A stretch of 48,952 bases of DNA, taken from contig CAJGCF010000002.1 of assembly GCA_904501865.1 (NCBI GenBank), forward strand, positions 1-48,952, in the 5' to 3' direction. The notes beneath the pieces are model-generated. The model was not told the DNA's origin and did not search any database. It saw only the letters and a program-made list of their open reading frames with translations. This DNA comes from an uncultured Clostridia bacterium. GTDB taxonomy: Bacteria; Bacillota; Clostridia; Oscillospirales; CAG-272. A program made the position numbers and the translations under genes. Of the stretch, positions 27,932 to 35,943 are shown piece after piece; positions within the stretch are counted from its first letter, which is position 1; every line of letters begins with the position of its first letter.

Positions 27932-28954
27932 ATGAAAGCAACGCAGGAAAAAAGAAAAGTTGATTTTTTCTATCGTGATGACAGAGGAGGCACAGTGGTG
28001 CTCGGTTGCAGACCGCACCGTCACTATCACGTAGAGATAGTATATATGATAGAGGGTGCAATGTGTGCCCACATAGATTCCGATGAGTACAATGTGAGGT
28101 CCGGAGACATGCTCATCGTGTTTCCAAATAAGATACACAGATTCGTAGATCTTCAAAAAGGAAACAAATATAAGATCTTTATCATAAACCCCAATCTTGT
28201 GCCTGAGTTTGAGGCACAGATGTCGTCAAGCTCACCGATTAATCCTCTTATCAAAAACGCAAGGGATAATGCCCGACTTGATTCTGTGATAAACATAGTG
28301 GCAGATGCAAAGAATTTTCCCGAAAATCAAAGAGATTCTTTGATGAAGGGATATCTGCTCTCGTTTTTTGCGGAATTTTTGTCAATGATCGAGCTTGATT
28401 ACAACAGATCAGACGAAAGTCAGGCTATGAAAACGGTGGTTTTGTACTGCTCGCAGAATTTCACAAAAGAACTGTCCCTGTCCATGCTTGAGGACGAGCT
28501 CCACTTGAGCAGATATTATATATCCCATCTTTTTGGCGACAAGTTAGGCGTAAGATTCAATGATTACATCAACTCGCTTAGGATATCCGAGGCATGCCGA
28601 ATGCTCAGGGCCACGGATAAGACCATAACAGAGGTCTGCTATTCTTCGGGCTTCGGGACGCTCAGAACCTTCAACAGAGTTTTTATTAAACAGATAGGTG
28701 CGTCCCCATCCGATTACAGAAAAAACCACAATGGAAAATACTTTGACGCATCAATTTTCCCTGTTAGTGTTCCAGAGGTGGAATACGATACTCACGTCAA
28801 AAAAACTGTTGAGTTGCCTCAATATAATAGTCAGATGGCTGTCGATTGCACCGCAAGTTATGACGATTGCTGTGATGTCTGTAGTGATTGCGGAGACATC
28901 TGTGAAATCGAGGATGCTTGCATTCACGTCGACGGTTGCGACTGTACTTGGTAG
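27932..28954 (+). CDS. AraC family transcriptional regulator (cupin sensor, AraC HTH, and an unusual Cys/Asp-rich C-terminal tail)
   Basis: ATG at 27932 with an AAAGGTGG RBS. The cupin-like N-terminus is HRHYHVEIVYMIEG...GDMLIVFPNKIH. The HTH_AraC region is LSMLEDELHLSRYYISHLF...ITEVCYSSGFGTLRTFNRVFIKQIGASPSDYRK. About 75 further residues follow and end in DCTASYDDCCDVCSDCGDICEIEDACIHVDGCDCTW. Confidence 0.85.
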   Translation: MKATQEKRKVDFFYRDDRGGTVVLGCRPHRHYHVEIVYMIEGAMCAHIDSDEYNVRSGDMLIVFPNKIHRFVDLQKGNKYKIFIINPNLVPEFEAQMSSSSPINPLIKNARDNARLDSVINIVADAKNFPENQRDSLMKGYLLSFFAEFLSMIELDYNRSDESQAMKTVVLYCSQNFTKELSLSMLEDELHLSRYYISHLFGDKLGVRFNDYINSLRISEACRMLRATDKTITEVCYSSGFGTLRTFNRVFIKQIGASPSDYRKNHNGKYFDASIFPVSVPEVEYDTHVKKTVELPQYNSQMAVDCTASYDDCCDVCSDCGDICEIEDACIHVDGCDCTW

Positions 28955-29016
28955 TCTTTCGTTATAAAACCGCCCATAAAAAATGCCCTTGGGCAATAAA
29001 TATAATCTTGTCCATA

Positions 29017-29045
29017 TTGACAACACAAGGCAAATGTGATAAAAT
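29017..29045 (+). promoter_or_regulatory. Sigma-A type promoter for lysK
   Basis: TTGACA (29017-29022), a 17-nt spacer, then TAAAAT (29040-29045) with a TGn extension. The leader is only about 45 nt, so there is no room for a T-box. Confidence 0.6.
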
Positions 29046-29095
29046 ATAATGAATATTGCAAAACAACAGATAGATAAAGGAAGGATTAGAAAATT

Positions 29096-31147
29096 ATGCA
29101 TTGGTCAGAGGAAATAGCTGAACGATTGATACAAAAGAATCCCGACAAGGAAGAATACGTCTGCGCCGCAGGTGTAAGCCCGTCGGGCTCTGTCCATATA
29201 GGAAACTTCAGAGATATCGCTACCCCTCTCTTTGTTGTAAAGGCTCTTGAAAAGAAGGGTAAAAAGGCAAAGCTTATAATATCTTGGGACGAGTTTGACC
29301 GTTGTCGCAAAATCCCCGCGAACGTCCAGGCGGTAGTAGGTGACGCATATGACAAGTATATCGGTTGTCCCTACGTTGATATTCCCGATCCGTTTGGATG
29401 TCACGAAAATTATGCGCGTCACTTTGAGGAGGAATTCCTTAATGCTATAAAGCCCTTTGGCATAAAATTTGAGTGTCGCTATCAGGCGGAGATGTACCGT
29501 TCGGGCAAATATACCGAGGATCTCATTGAGGCTTTGCGCAAGAGAGATGAAATTTTTGAAATTCTTGACTCCTTCAAGACCAAGGATATGACAAAGACCG
29601 AGGAGGAAAGACGCGCGGTGCATGATGCGGAAAAGTCGGAATATTATCCCGTAAGCATCTTCTGTCCCGAGTGTCACACCGACTTCACCAAGATTACTTC
29701 TCTTTCGGATGATTGCACAGAGGCAGAGTTTACATGCCGTTGCGGACATCACGGAAAATTCAATTTCCTTGAGAATTTCAACTGCAAGCTCGGCTGGAAG
29801 ATAGACTGGGCTATGCGTTGGAAATACGAGCAGGTGGATTTTGAGCCGGGCGGAAAAGATCATTCCGCGCCTACGGGCTCGTACAACAATTCAAAGGTCA
29901 TCGCAAAGAAGATATACGGACACGAGGCTCCTATTTATCAGGGATATGAGTTTATCGGTATTAAGGGCGTTGCGGGAAAGATGTCTTCATCATCGGGACT
30001 CAATATGACTCCCGAGCTCCTTCTCAAGCTCTATCAACCCGAAATAATTTTGTGGCTCTATTCTAAGACCGAGCCCACAAAGGCGTTCGACTTCTGCTTT
30101 GACGACGGAATACTTCGTCAGTACTTTGAATTTGATAAGATGTACAACGAGTATATATCGGGAACGGCAAGCGAATTTACTGCGACGGTTATGCACAACT
30201 GCGTGATTGATGGCAGAAAGCTTGAGACTGTCCCTATGTCTCTCTTGGTACAGCTTGGATCTATAGTTGATTTCAACGTTCCTATGCTGGAAACAGTGTT
30301 TGAAAAGATAGGAACTCCTTACAAGTACGAGCAATTCGCCGACAGACTTGACAGAGCTAAGTTCTGGCTTGAGCAGTGCGCACCCGATCAGGTCAATAAG
30401 CTGCGCGCGACACGTAACTTTGATGTCTGGGGCGAGCTTGACGAGAAGGAAAAGCGGGCCATCGCGGCTCTGTATGAGTATCTCTCCAAAGAGACCTATA
30501 CGCTTGACGAGCTCAACACTGAGCTTTATGCCATTCCTAAGAAAATATATCCCGATGTTACCGACCAGAAGGAGCTTAAGGGTATTCAGGGCAAGTTCTT
30601 CAAGACCGTCTACAAGCTTCTTATCAATAAGGAGCAGGGTCCGAGACTTTATCTCTTCCTTTACGCTATTGAAAAGGATAGATTTGTTCATCTTCTTGAC
30701 TTCTCAACATCTCAGACTGATGAGGAGAAAGCCATCGAGGCAAAGGCGGCGGCAGATGCTGCACCAGTGGCAGAGGAAAAGGTCTACGGCGAGCCTGATC
30801 CCGTTGAGCCCATTAAGGCAGAGTATGTTTCTATTGATGATTTCTCAAAGCTCGATCTCAGAGTCTGCAAGATCGTCAAGTGCCAGGAGATAAGAAAATC
30901 TCATTCCTGCTATAAGCTCACTCTCAATGACGGAATTGACGAGAGAGTTATAGTTTCAAGTATCAAGCACGACTACACACCCGAGGAGCTGGTTGGAAAG
31001 AAGATAATAGTTATCGCAAACCTCCAGCCGACAAGAATAACGGGAGTCAACAGCAACGGTATGCTTTTGGCGGCTACCAATAACGCTTGCGGTTGCAAGG
31101 TAATATTCGTTGACGATATGGTTCCAGAGGGCACACAGATACACTGA
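29096..31147 (+). CDS. lysK: Class I lysine--tRNA ligase fused to a C-terminal Trbp111/EMAPII-type tRNA-binding domain
   Basis: 683 aa. MHWSEEIAERL...GVSPSGSVHIGNFRDI carries the HIGH-type motif HIGN, and GKMSSSSG is the KMSKS-type motif; the overall N-terminus is like Borrelia/archaeal LysK. After an Ala/Glu-rich linker, residues about 575-683 (IDDFSKLDLRVCKIVKCQEIRKSHSCYKLTLNDG...IIVIANLQPTRITGVNSNGMLLAA) look like the OB-fold tRNA-binding domain found on MetRS C-termini and in CsaA. Confidence 0.85.
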   Translation: MHWSEEIAERLIQKNPDKEEYVCAAGVSPSGSVHIGNFRDIATPLFVVKALEKKGKKAKLIISWDEFDRCRKIPANVQAVVGDAYDKYIGCPYVDIPDPFGCHENYARHFEEEFLNAIKPFGIKFECRYQAEMYRSGKYTEDLIEALRKRDEIFEILDSFKTKDMTKTEEERRAVHDAEKSEYYPVSIFCPECHTDFTKITSLSDDCTEAEFTCRCGHHGKFNFLENFNCKLGWKIDWAMRWKYEQVDFEPGGKDHSAPTGSYNNSKVIAKKIYGHEAPIYQGYEFIGIKGVAGKMSSSSGLNMTPELLLKLYQPEIILWLYSKTEPTKAFDFCFDDGILRQYFEFDKMYNEYISGTASEFTATVMHNCVIDGRKLETVPMSLLVQLGSIVDFNVPMLETVFEKIGTPYKYEQFADRLDRAKFWLEQCAPDQVNKLRATRNFDVWGELDEKEKRAIAALYEYLSKETYTLDELNTELYAIPKKIYPDVTDQKELKGIQGKFFKTVYKLLINKEQGPRLYLFLYAIEKDRFVHLLDFSTSQTDEEKAIEAKAAADAAPVAEEKVYGEPDPVEPIKAEYVSIDDFSKLDLRVCKIVKCQEIRKSHSCYKLTLNDGIDERVIVSSIKHDYTPEELVGKKIIVIANLQPTRITGVNSNGMLLAATNNACGCKVIFVDDMVPEGTQIH

Positions 31148-31154
31148 TGCCTAT

Positions 31155-31191
31155 AAAAACAGACACCGCGTACACGCGGTGTCTGTTTTTG
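31155..31191. terminator. Bidirectional terminator between lysK and the amidotransferase gene
   Basis: CAGACACCGCG-TACA-CGCGGTGTCTG (31160-31185) forms an 11-bp stem, flanked by an A-run and a T-run. Confidence 0.75.
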
Positions 31192-31848
31192 TTATATACA
31201 AGCAGCTATAAATGCTTTGAATATTTTTGAGGAGGATTCAGCCTTTTTGTAAAAGCACTCGGGGTGCCATTGTACCGCAAGGCAGAATTTGTGCCGGGAG
31301 TGATGATATGCCTCGATGTATCCGTCTGTACTCATAGCATCGCACATAAGACCGTCTGCAAGACTATCAACGCATTGATGATGAAAGGTATTAGTGTATA
31401 TATCTTTCTCCCCGATTATCCTATAAAGCAAGGAATTCTCCAAGACTTTTATTCGGTGCTCGGTTGTTTCTCTGGGCGTTTCTTGACGGTGCCCCTCTAT
31501 GTGTTGGTGGAGCGTTCCTCCGAGGGCAATGTTGATCAGCTGCTCTCCGCGGCATATACCCAAAATGGGCTTTTCTGTACTGAAAGCAATGGAAAAGAGA
31601 GCTAATTCAAAGTCGTCTCGCTCTGGACAAGTGGGCTTGGTCTCCGGATGCCTGCGTTGCCCGTAGCGGATCGGGTCTATATCCTCGCCGCCGCAAAACA
31701 TAAATCCGTCGAAAAAGCTACAAAATTCCTCAAGCTCCGCCGTGTCTGTCGTATACGGAAGCACGGCGGGATTTCCGCCCGATGCCCAAATAGCGTTGAG
31801 ATAGGCTTGGTTTACACATACCTGCCCATCGCTATTGCGTGATGCCAT
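31192..31848 (-). CDS. Gamma-glutamyl-GABA hydrolase-like class I glutamine amidotransferase (peptidase C26/PuuD family)
   Basis: LGICRGEQLIN supplies the nucleophile Cys and VQWHPE the His-Glu region. The N-terminus appears short; homology seems to continue upstream of the ATG at 31848 (see findings). Confidence 0.75.
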   Translation of the reverse strand: MASRNSDGQVCVNQAYLNAIWASGGNPAVLPYTTDTAELEEFCSFFDGFMFCGGEDIDPIRYGQRRHPETKPTCPERDDFELALFSIAFSTEKPILGICRGEQLINIALGGTLHQHIEGHRQETPRETTEHRIKVLENSLLYRIIGEKDIYTNTFHHQCVDSLADGLMCDAMSTDGYIEAYHHSRHKFCLAVQWHPECFYKKAESSSKIFKAFIAACI

Positions 31849-31917
31849 AAGTGCTATATTGGGTTTTCTAATACATATCCCTTCTTTCGTTGGTGTTGAG
31901 AGGGTATATCAAGTTGA

Positions 31918-32577
31918 TTATTTCATTACGGAAATAAAATTATCCACAAGCTTAATCATATCGGGAAGGATGTAGCATATAAACATACAAAGGACTACCG
32001 ATATGATTGTTACAGCTACAAACGAGCGCCAATCTGCACCCTTTGCGTCGAATTTAACGTCAGCGGCATATTTTTTGTCCTCGGGGATATAAAAATGCAT
32101 AGTGTTACAATCTCTCTCAAAGACAGGTTCTTTGAATTTAGGGGACTTGGAATGGTTCTTGTGTTCTTCCTCAAATGCTTGACGGGCCGCTTCTGTTGCG
32201 GCTATAAAGTCGTCTTCTTCAACACAGCGAATCCAACGCGAAAGAGTTCCGCCGCTTTTGAGCATCCCTCTGATCGCGGGGTGCTTGAGATATCCCAGCT
32301 CGTAGAGAGTTTTTGCCGACGAGGCATCAAAACATTCTTCGGATATCACTTTTCTTACGAAATCTCCCACGTACCTCTTGTTGTATATAGAGCAAGCGGA
32401 GGCGACGACTATTCCTATTACAATACCGATTATGATCCATCGAAGTGATACCAAAGAGCCTGATCCCAACTTAAAATTCTCGAGATAAGGGACCTCCACC
32501 GAAAAATATTTATCTATAAAATATTCCCACAGTTCAGAGAGCAAGCTTTGCTGCTTTGAAAGGGCAAAATTGAGCAT
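31918..32577 (-). CDS. Hypothetical membrane protein (two TM helices)
   Basis: 219 aa with a GAGGG RBS. The TM segments are WIIIGIVIGIVVASACSIY and FVAVTIISVVLCMFICYIL. I recognise no family. Confidence 0.5.
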   Translation of the reverse strand: MLNFALSKQQSLLSELWEYFIDKYFSVEVPYLENFKLGSGSLVSLRWIIIGIVIGIVVASACSIYNKRYVGDFVRKVISEECFDASSAKTLYELGYLKHPAIRGMLKSGGTLSRWIRCVEEDDFIAATEAARQAFEEEHKNHSKSPKFKEPVFERDCNTMHFYIPEDKKYAADVKFDAKGADWRSFVAVTIISVVLCMFICYILPDMIKLVDNFISVMK

Positions 32578-32600
32578 AGTGTTCCCTCTTTGGTATTATA

Positions 32601-33881
32601 TTATTTTTTGATGATATCTATGCCGAGATATTTGCGCAAGACCTCGGGGACTGTAACGCTTCCGTCAGCGTTCTGGTTCTGCTCAACAAGGGCGGGAAGG
32701 ATTCTGGAGGTGGCAAGACCTGAACCGTTGAGCGTGTGAAGATACTCGATCTTTCCGTTCTCTCTCTTAACTCTCATCATACCTCTGCGCGCCTGATAAT
32801 CGCGTGCGTTGGACACGGAGCTAACCTCCTTGTATCCGTTCATTGAGGGAATGTTTATCTCAATGTCGTAGGTTCTTGCCATGGATGCAGAGCAGTCCTC
32901 TGCCGCAAGCTTAACGGTTCTGAAATGGAATCCGAGTCCCTTTACGAGATTTTCTGCTTTGATTACCAGCTCCTCAAATGCCTCGTCGCTCTTTTCAGGC
33001 AACGTGTACTGGAACATCTCTACCTTGTTGAACTGATGTCCGCGCACCATTCCTCTCTCGTCAGAGCGATAAGAGCCTGCTTCTCTACGGAAACAAGGAG
33101 TGTAGCTGACGAGCTTTTTGGGGAGATCTGCCTCGGTGAGTATCTCGTTTCTGTAAAGAGACGCGAGAGCGGCCTCTGCGGTGGGAAGCATGTATCTCGA
33201 ACGGTTGTCCGTGGGATTTTCTATCTTATATACTTCGTCCGCGAATTTGGGGAACTGCCCTGCGGTTACTCCACACTCGTATTCAAGCATATGAGGAGGC
33301 AAAATAAGCTCGTAACCGTCTGCCAGGTGCGTGTCTATGAAATAGTTAAGGAGAGCCCATTCCAGTCTTGCGCCCATTCCGCGATATATCCAGAAGCCCG
33401 ACCCCGAAAGCTTTGTTCCGCGATCGTAATCAATAAGACCGAGACTTGTGCAAAGATCCACATGATTTTTGGGCTGGAAATCAAACTTGTGAGGCTCGCC
33501 GAAATATCTTATAGCTTCGTTGTTTTCCTTTCCACCGGGCTTGAGATCGCGGTCGGGAAGATTGGGAAGCCCGAGCATATAGCCCGTAAGCTCCGTCTCA
33601 ACAGCCTTTATAAGTTCATCGTTTGCTTTAGCCTTTGCTCCGAGTTCTTTTGACTGCGCAAAAATGGGAGAAGGATCCTTTCCCTCCTTTTTATATTGAG
33701 GTATCATCTTTGTGAGCTTGTTCTGCTCAGCCTTGAATCCCTCTGTTTCTGTTATGAGAGCTCGCCTTTTTGCGTCAAGCTCAAGTATTTTTGCTATTTC
33801 CTCTGCGGCGTCCTTTCCTTTGATGGCAAGACGCTCTATTACTTCGGAGGGGTTTTCTTTGATATAATTTATATCAAGCAT
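32601..33881 (-). CDS. serS: Serine--tRNA ligase
   Basis: 426 aa. MLDINYIKENPSEV begins the coiled-coil tRNA-binding arm. The class II motifs are FRREAGS, GHQFNKVE and TLNGSGLATSR. Confidence 0.95.
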   Translation of the reverse strand: MLDINYIKENPSEVIERLAIKGKDAAEEIAKILELDAKRRALITETEGFKAEQNKLTKMIPQYKKEGKDPSPIFAQSKELGAKAKANDELIKAVETELTGYMLGLPNLPDRDLKPGGKENNEAIRYFGEPHKFDFQPKNHVDLCTSLGLIDYDRGTKLSGSGFWIYRGMGARLEWALLNYFIDTHLADGYELILPPHMLEYECGVTAGQFPKFADEVYKIENPTDNRSRYMLPTAEAALASLYRNEILTEADLPKKLVSYTPCFRREAGSYRSDERGMVRGHQFNKVEMFQYTLPEKSDEAFEELVIKAENLVKGLGFHFRTVKLAAEDCSASMARTYDIEINIPSMNGYKEVSSVSNARDYQARRGMMRVKRENGKIEYLHTLNGSGLATSRILPALVEQNQNADGSVTVPEVLRKYLGIDIIKK

Positions 33882-33968
33882 AATTAGTGTCCTTTCTTTG
33901 GTTGCTGATTTGATTTACATTATTATAGAACAAATGTTTTATTTTGGGCGTTTTGGGATTTTTCGATA

Positions 33969-34856
33969 CTATACCTTGAAGAATTCATCGCCACAGATGA
34001 GGGATAAAAGCTCCTCAAGGTCCGAGTCGCTGTCGAATGTAAGCTCAACGGTGCTCTTTTTGGACGTTTGATTGATCTTGACTCGTCTGCCAAGCTTATC
34101 CATAGCCCTTCTTTCGAGATCTCTCATATATACCCTCTTTTGTACTGACTGATCGTTGGTTTCCTTAAGTATCTCTACGTCTTTATTGGCGAGAATGGTT
34201 CTGACGGTCTTTTCGACCTCTCTTACCGACAGGTCTCTTTCGTGAACCTTGTTAGCGAGCGCTATCATCTGCTCCTCGTCATCAAGACCGAGAATGGCAC
34301 GCGCATGACCGTTGGTGATTTTGCCGTCCTTGAGAAGTTCGAGGACCTCGTCGGGAAGATCTATGAGCCTCAACATGTTAGCTATGGCTGAACGCGATCT
34401 GCCTACCTCCTTTGAGAGCTGCTCCTGCGTAAGACCGAATCTCTCTATAAGTGCCTGGTAAGCAAATGCCTCTTCGACGGGGTTCAGGTTTTCTCGCTGA
34501 ACATTCTCCACGAGCGCTATCTGCGCAATCTTGAGATCGTCACCGTCTACTATAACTACGGGCATTTCCGAAAGACCTGCCATTTTTGCGGCTCTCCAAC
34601 GTCTTTCTCCCGCAATTATTTCATAAGAACCGATAAAATCGGGGTTTTCGCGCACTATAATTGGTTGTAATACGCCGTGTACTGCTATTGAATCTGCCAG
34701 GAGCTGTATGCTTTCTTCGTCAAACGACTTTCTGGGCTGATCCTTCCTGGGCTCTATATCACCAATTTTTATTGTTGTTATAGAATCCTTTTTGTCCTCG
34801 ATCATATTGTCGTCGAGAATAGAATAAAAATCTCTGCCGAGACCACCTCTAGCCAT
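33969..34856 (-). CDS. parB: ParB/Spo0J chromosome partitioning protein
   Basis: GVLQPIIVR and the GERRWRAA (CTP-binding) box are present, with HTH LTQEQLSKEVGRSRSAIANMLRL. I prefer the ATG at 34856 (AAGGAG 8 nt upstream) over the TTG at 34862. Confidence 0.9.
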   Translation of the reverse strand: MARGGLGRDFYSILDDNMIEDKKDSITTIKIGDIEPRKDQPRKSFDEESIQLLADSIAVHGVLQPIIVRENPDFIGSYEIIAGERRWRAAKMAGLSEMPVVIVDGDDLKIAQIALVENVQRENLNPVEEAFAYQALIERFGLTQEQLSKEVGRSRSAIANMLRLIDLPDEVLELLKDGKITNGHARAILGLDDEEQMIALANKVHERDLSVREVEKTVRTILANKDVEILKETNDQSVQKRVYMRDLERRAMDKLGRRVKINQTSKKSTVELTFDSDSDLEELLSLICGDEFFKV

Positions 34857-34874
34857 TGTCAAATCTCCTTTTTA

Positions 34875-35636
34875 TTATATTCTTGATGCGAGTTCTTTTG
34901 CTATCGCCAGATATTCGTTTGCTCCCTTGCTTCTCTTATCGTGATAATAAACGGGGCAACCAAATCCGGGGGCCTCTGAAACCCTTACACCTCTTGAAAC
35001 TTGAGTGTTGAAAAGCTTGTCCGAATAATGCTTTTTGAGCTCGTTAATTACTTGAAGAGAAAGAAGGAGTCTGGAATTATACATAGTTATAAGTATGCCT
35101 GTGATGTTCAGCGAGCTGTTGAAGTTGGCCTTTATTCTATTGATAGTAACCGTCAGCTGAGAAAGACCTTCAAGTGCATAAAATTCGCATTGCATAGGAA
35201 TAATGATTCCGTCGCTGGCTACCATTGCGTTGACCGTAAGCATACTCAATGAAGGCGGGCAATCTATTATAATGTAGTCATAATTGTCCTTTATGGGCTC
35301 GAGGGCAGTTTTCATAACCCTTTCCGCACCGTTTCCTTGATAAAGGTTGTATTCTGCTCCTGCGAGAGCAATATTAGCAGGGATTATGCTAAGATTTTCA
35401 AAATCTGTTTCTATAATTGCATCTTTAGCGGAAGCTTCTCCTATTAAAACGTCATTTATGGAGCTTTTAAGCTGTTTCTTTGATATGCCGACACCGCTGG
35501 TGGCGTTTCCCTGAGGATCAAGGTCGATGAGCAACACCTTGTGACCTAAGATTCCAAGAGAAGCAGCAACGTTAACCGCAGATGTGGTTTTACCGACGCC
35601 GCCTTTTTGGTTAGAAAACGATATTATTTTTCCCAA
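34875..35636 (-). CDS. parA: ParA/Soj chromosome partitioning ATPase
   Basis: 253 aa with a TTG start and a GGGAG RBS. The deviant Walker A is NQKGGVGKTT. IIIDCPPSL is also present. Confidence 0.9.
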   Translation of the reverse strand: MGKIISFSNQKGGVGKTTSAVNVAASLGILGHKVLLIDLDPQGNATSGVGISKKQLKSSINDVLIGEASAKDAIIETDFENLSIIPANIALAGAEYNLYQGNGAERVMKTALEPIKDNYDYIIIDCPPSLSMLTVNAMVASDGIIIPMQCEFYALEGLSQLTVTINRIKANFNSSLNITGILITMYNSRLLLSLQVINELKKHYSDKLFNTQVSRGVRVSEAPGFGCPVYYHDKRSKGANEYLAIAKELASRI

Positions 35637-35675
35637 TTTGTTGTACTCCCATTCAATTTATTTGTATACAGACAT

Positions 35676-35704
35676 ATTATACTACACTTTTTTGTTATTT
35701 GCAA
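35676..35704 (-). promoter_or_regulatory. Sigma-A type promoter for parAB
   Basis: On the minus strand: TTGCAA (35704-35699), a 17-nt spacer, then TATAAT (35681-35676). Confidence 0.55.
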
Positions 35705-35735
35705 TAGGGTTTTATAAAAAATAATTATTTTTGAC

Positions 35736-35751
35736 TGTTTCACGTGAAACA
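35736..35751. promoter_or_regulatory. parS site 1 (perfect)
   Basis: TGTTTCACGTGAAACA is a perfect 16-bp palindrome matching the Firmicutes parS consensus TGTTNCACGTGAAACA. It lies 32 nt upstream of the parAB -35. Confidence 0.85.
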
Positions 35752-35808
35752 ATGAGGCTCGGGCCTGGGATGGTTCTGCTTGATACGCGGGGCGCACGTT
35801 CTAAAATG

Positions 35809-35824
35809 TGTTTTACGTGAAACA
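35809..35824. promoter_or_regulatory. parS site 2 (one mismatch)
   Basis: TGTTTTACGTGAAACA differs from the consensus palindrome at a single position (C to T at position 6). Confidence 0.7.
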
Positions 35825-35851
35825 CTCTCCTTTTTTTGAATACATCTTGAT

Positions 35852-35867
35852 TGTTTCACGCGAAACG
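35852..35867. promoter_or_regulatory. parS-like site 3 (two mismatches)
   Basis: TGTTTCACGCGAAACG has a perfect left half and two changes in the right half. Confidence 0.5.
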
Positions 35868-35890
35868 AATTTGGCGTGAAATTGAGGCGA

Positions 35891-35906
35891 TGTTTCACGT
35901 GAAACA
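35891..35906. promoter_or_regulatory. parS site 4 (perfect)
   Basis: TGTTTCACGTGAAACA is identical to site 1. It abuts the rsmG terminator. Confidence 0.85.
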
Positions 35907-35938
35907 AAAAGCCCGTGCGACAATTGCACGGGCTTTTT
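35906..35938 (-). terminator. Intrinsic terminator downstream of rsmG
   Basis: GCCCGTGC-N7-GCACGGGC (35911-35933) is flanked by AAAAA and TTTTT. It lies 6 nt after the rsmG stop. Confidence 0.8.
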
Positions 35939-35943
35939 GTTTG

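Noticed and set aside
33882-33968. Possible T-box leader upstream of serS, and likewise upstream of lysK at 28955-29095
   Set aside because: The gaps are only 87 nt and about 45 nt of leader respectively. That is far too short for a T-box (about 200 nt or more), and no specifier or terminator-antiterminator arrangement is visible.
35736-35906. Repeated 16-bp palindromes considered as a mini CRISPR array or MITE
   Set aside because: The repeats match the parS consensus exactly, are irregularly spaced (73/43/39 bp centre to centre), and sit next to parAB. No cas genes are present and there are no regular spacers.
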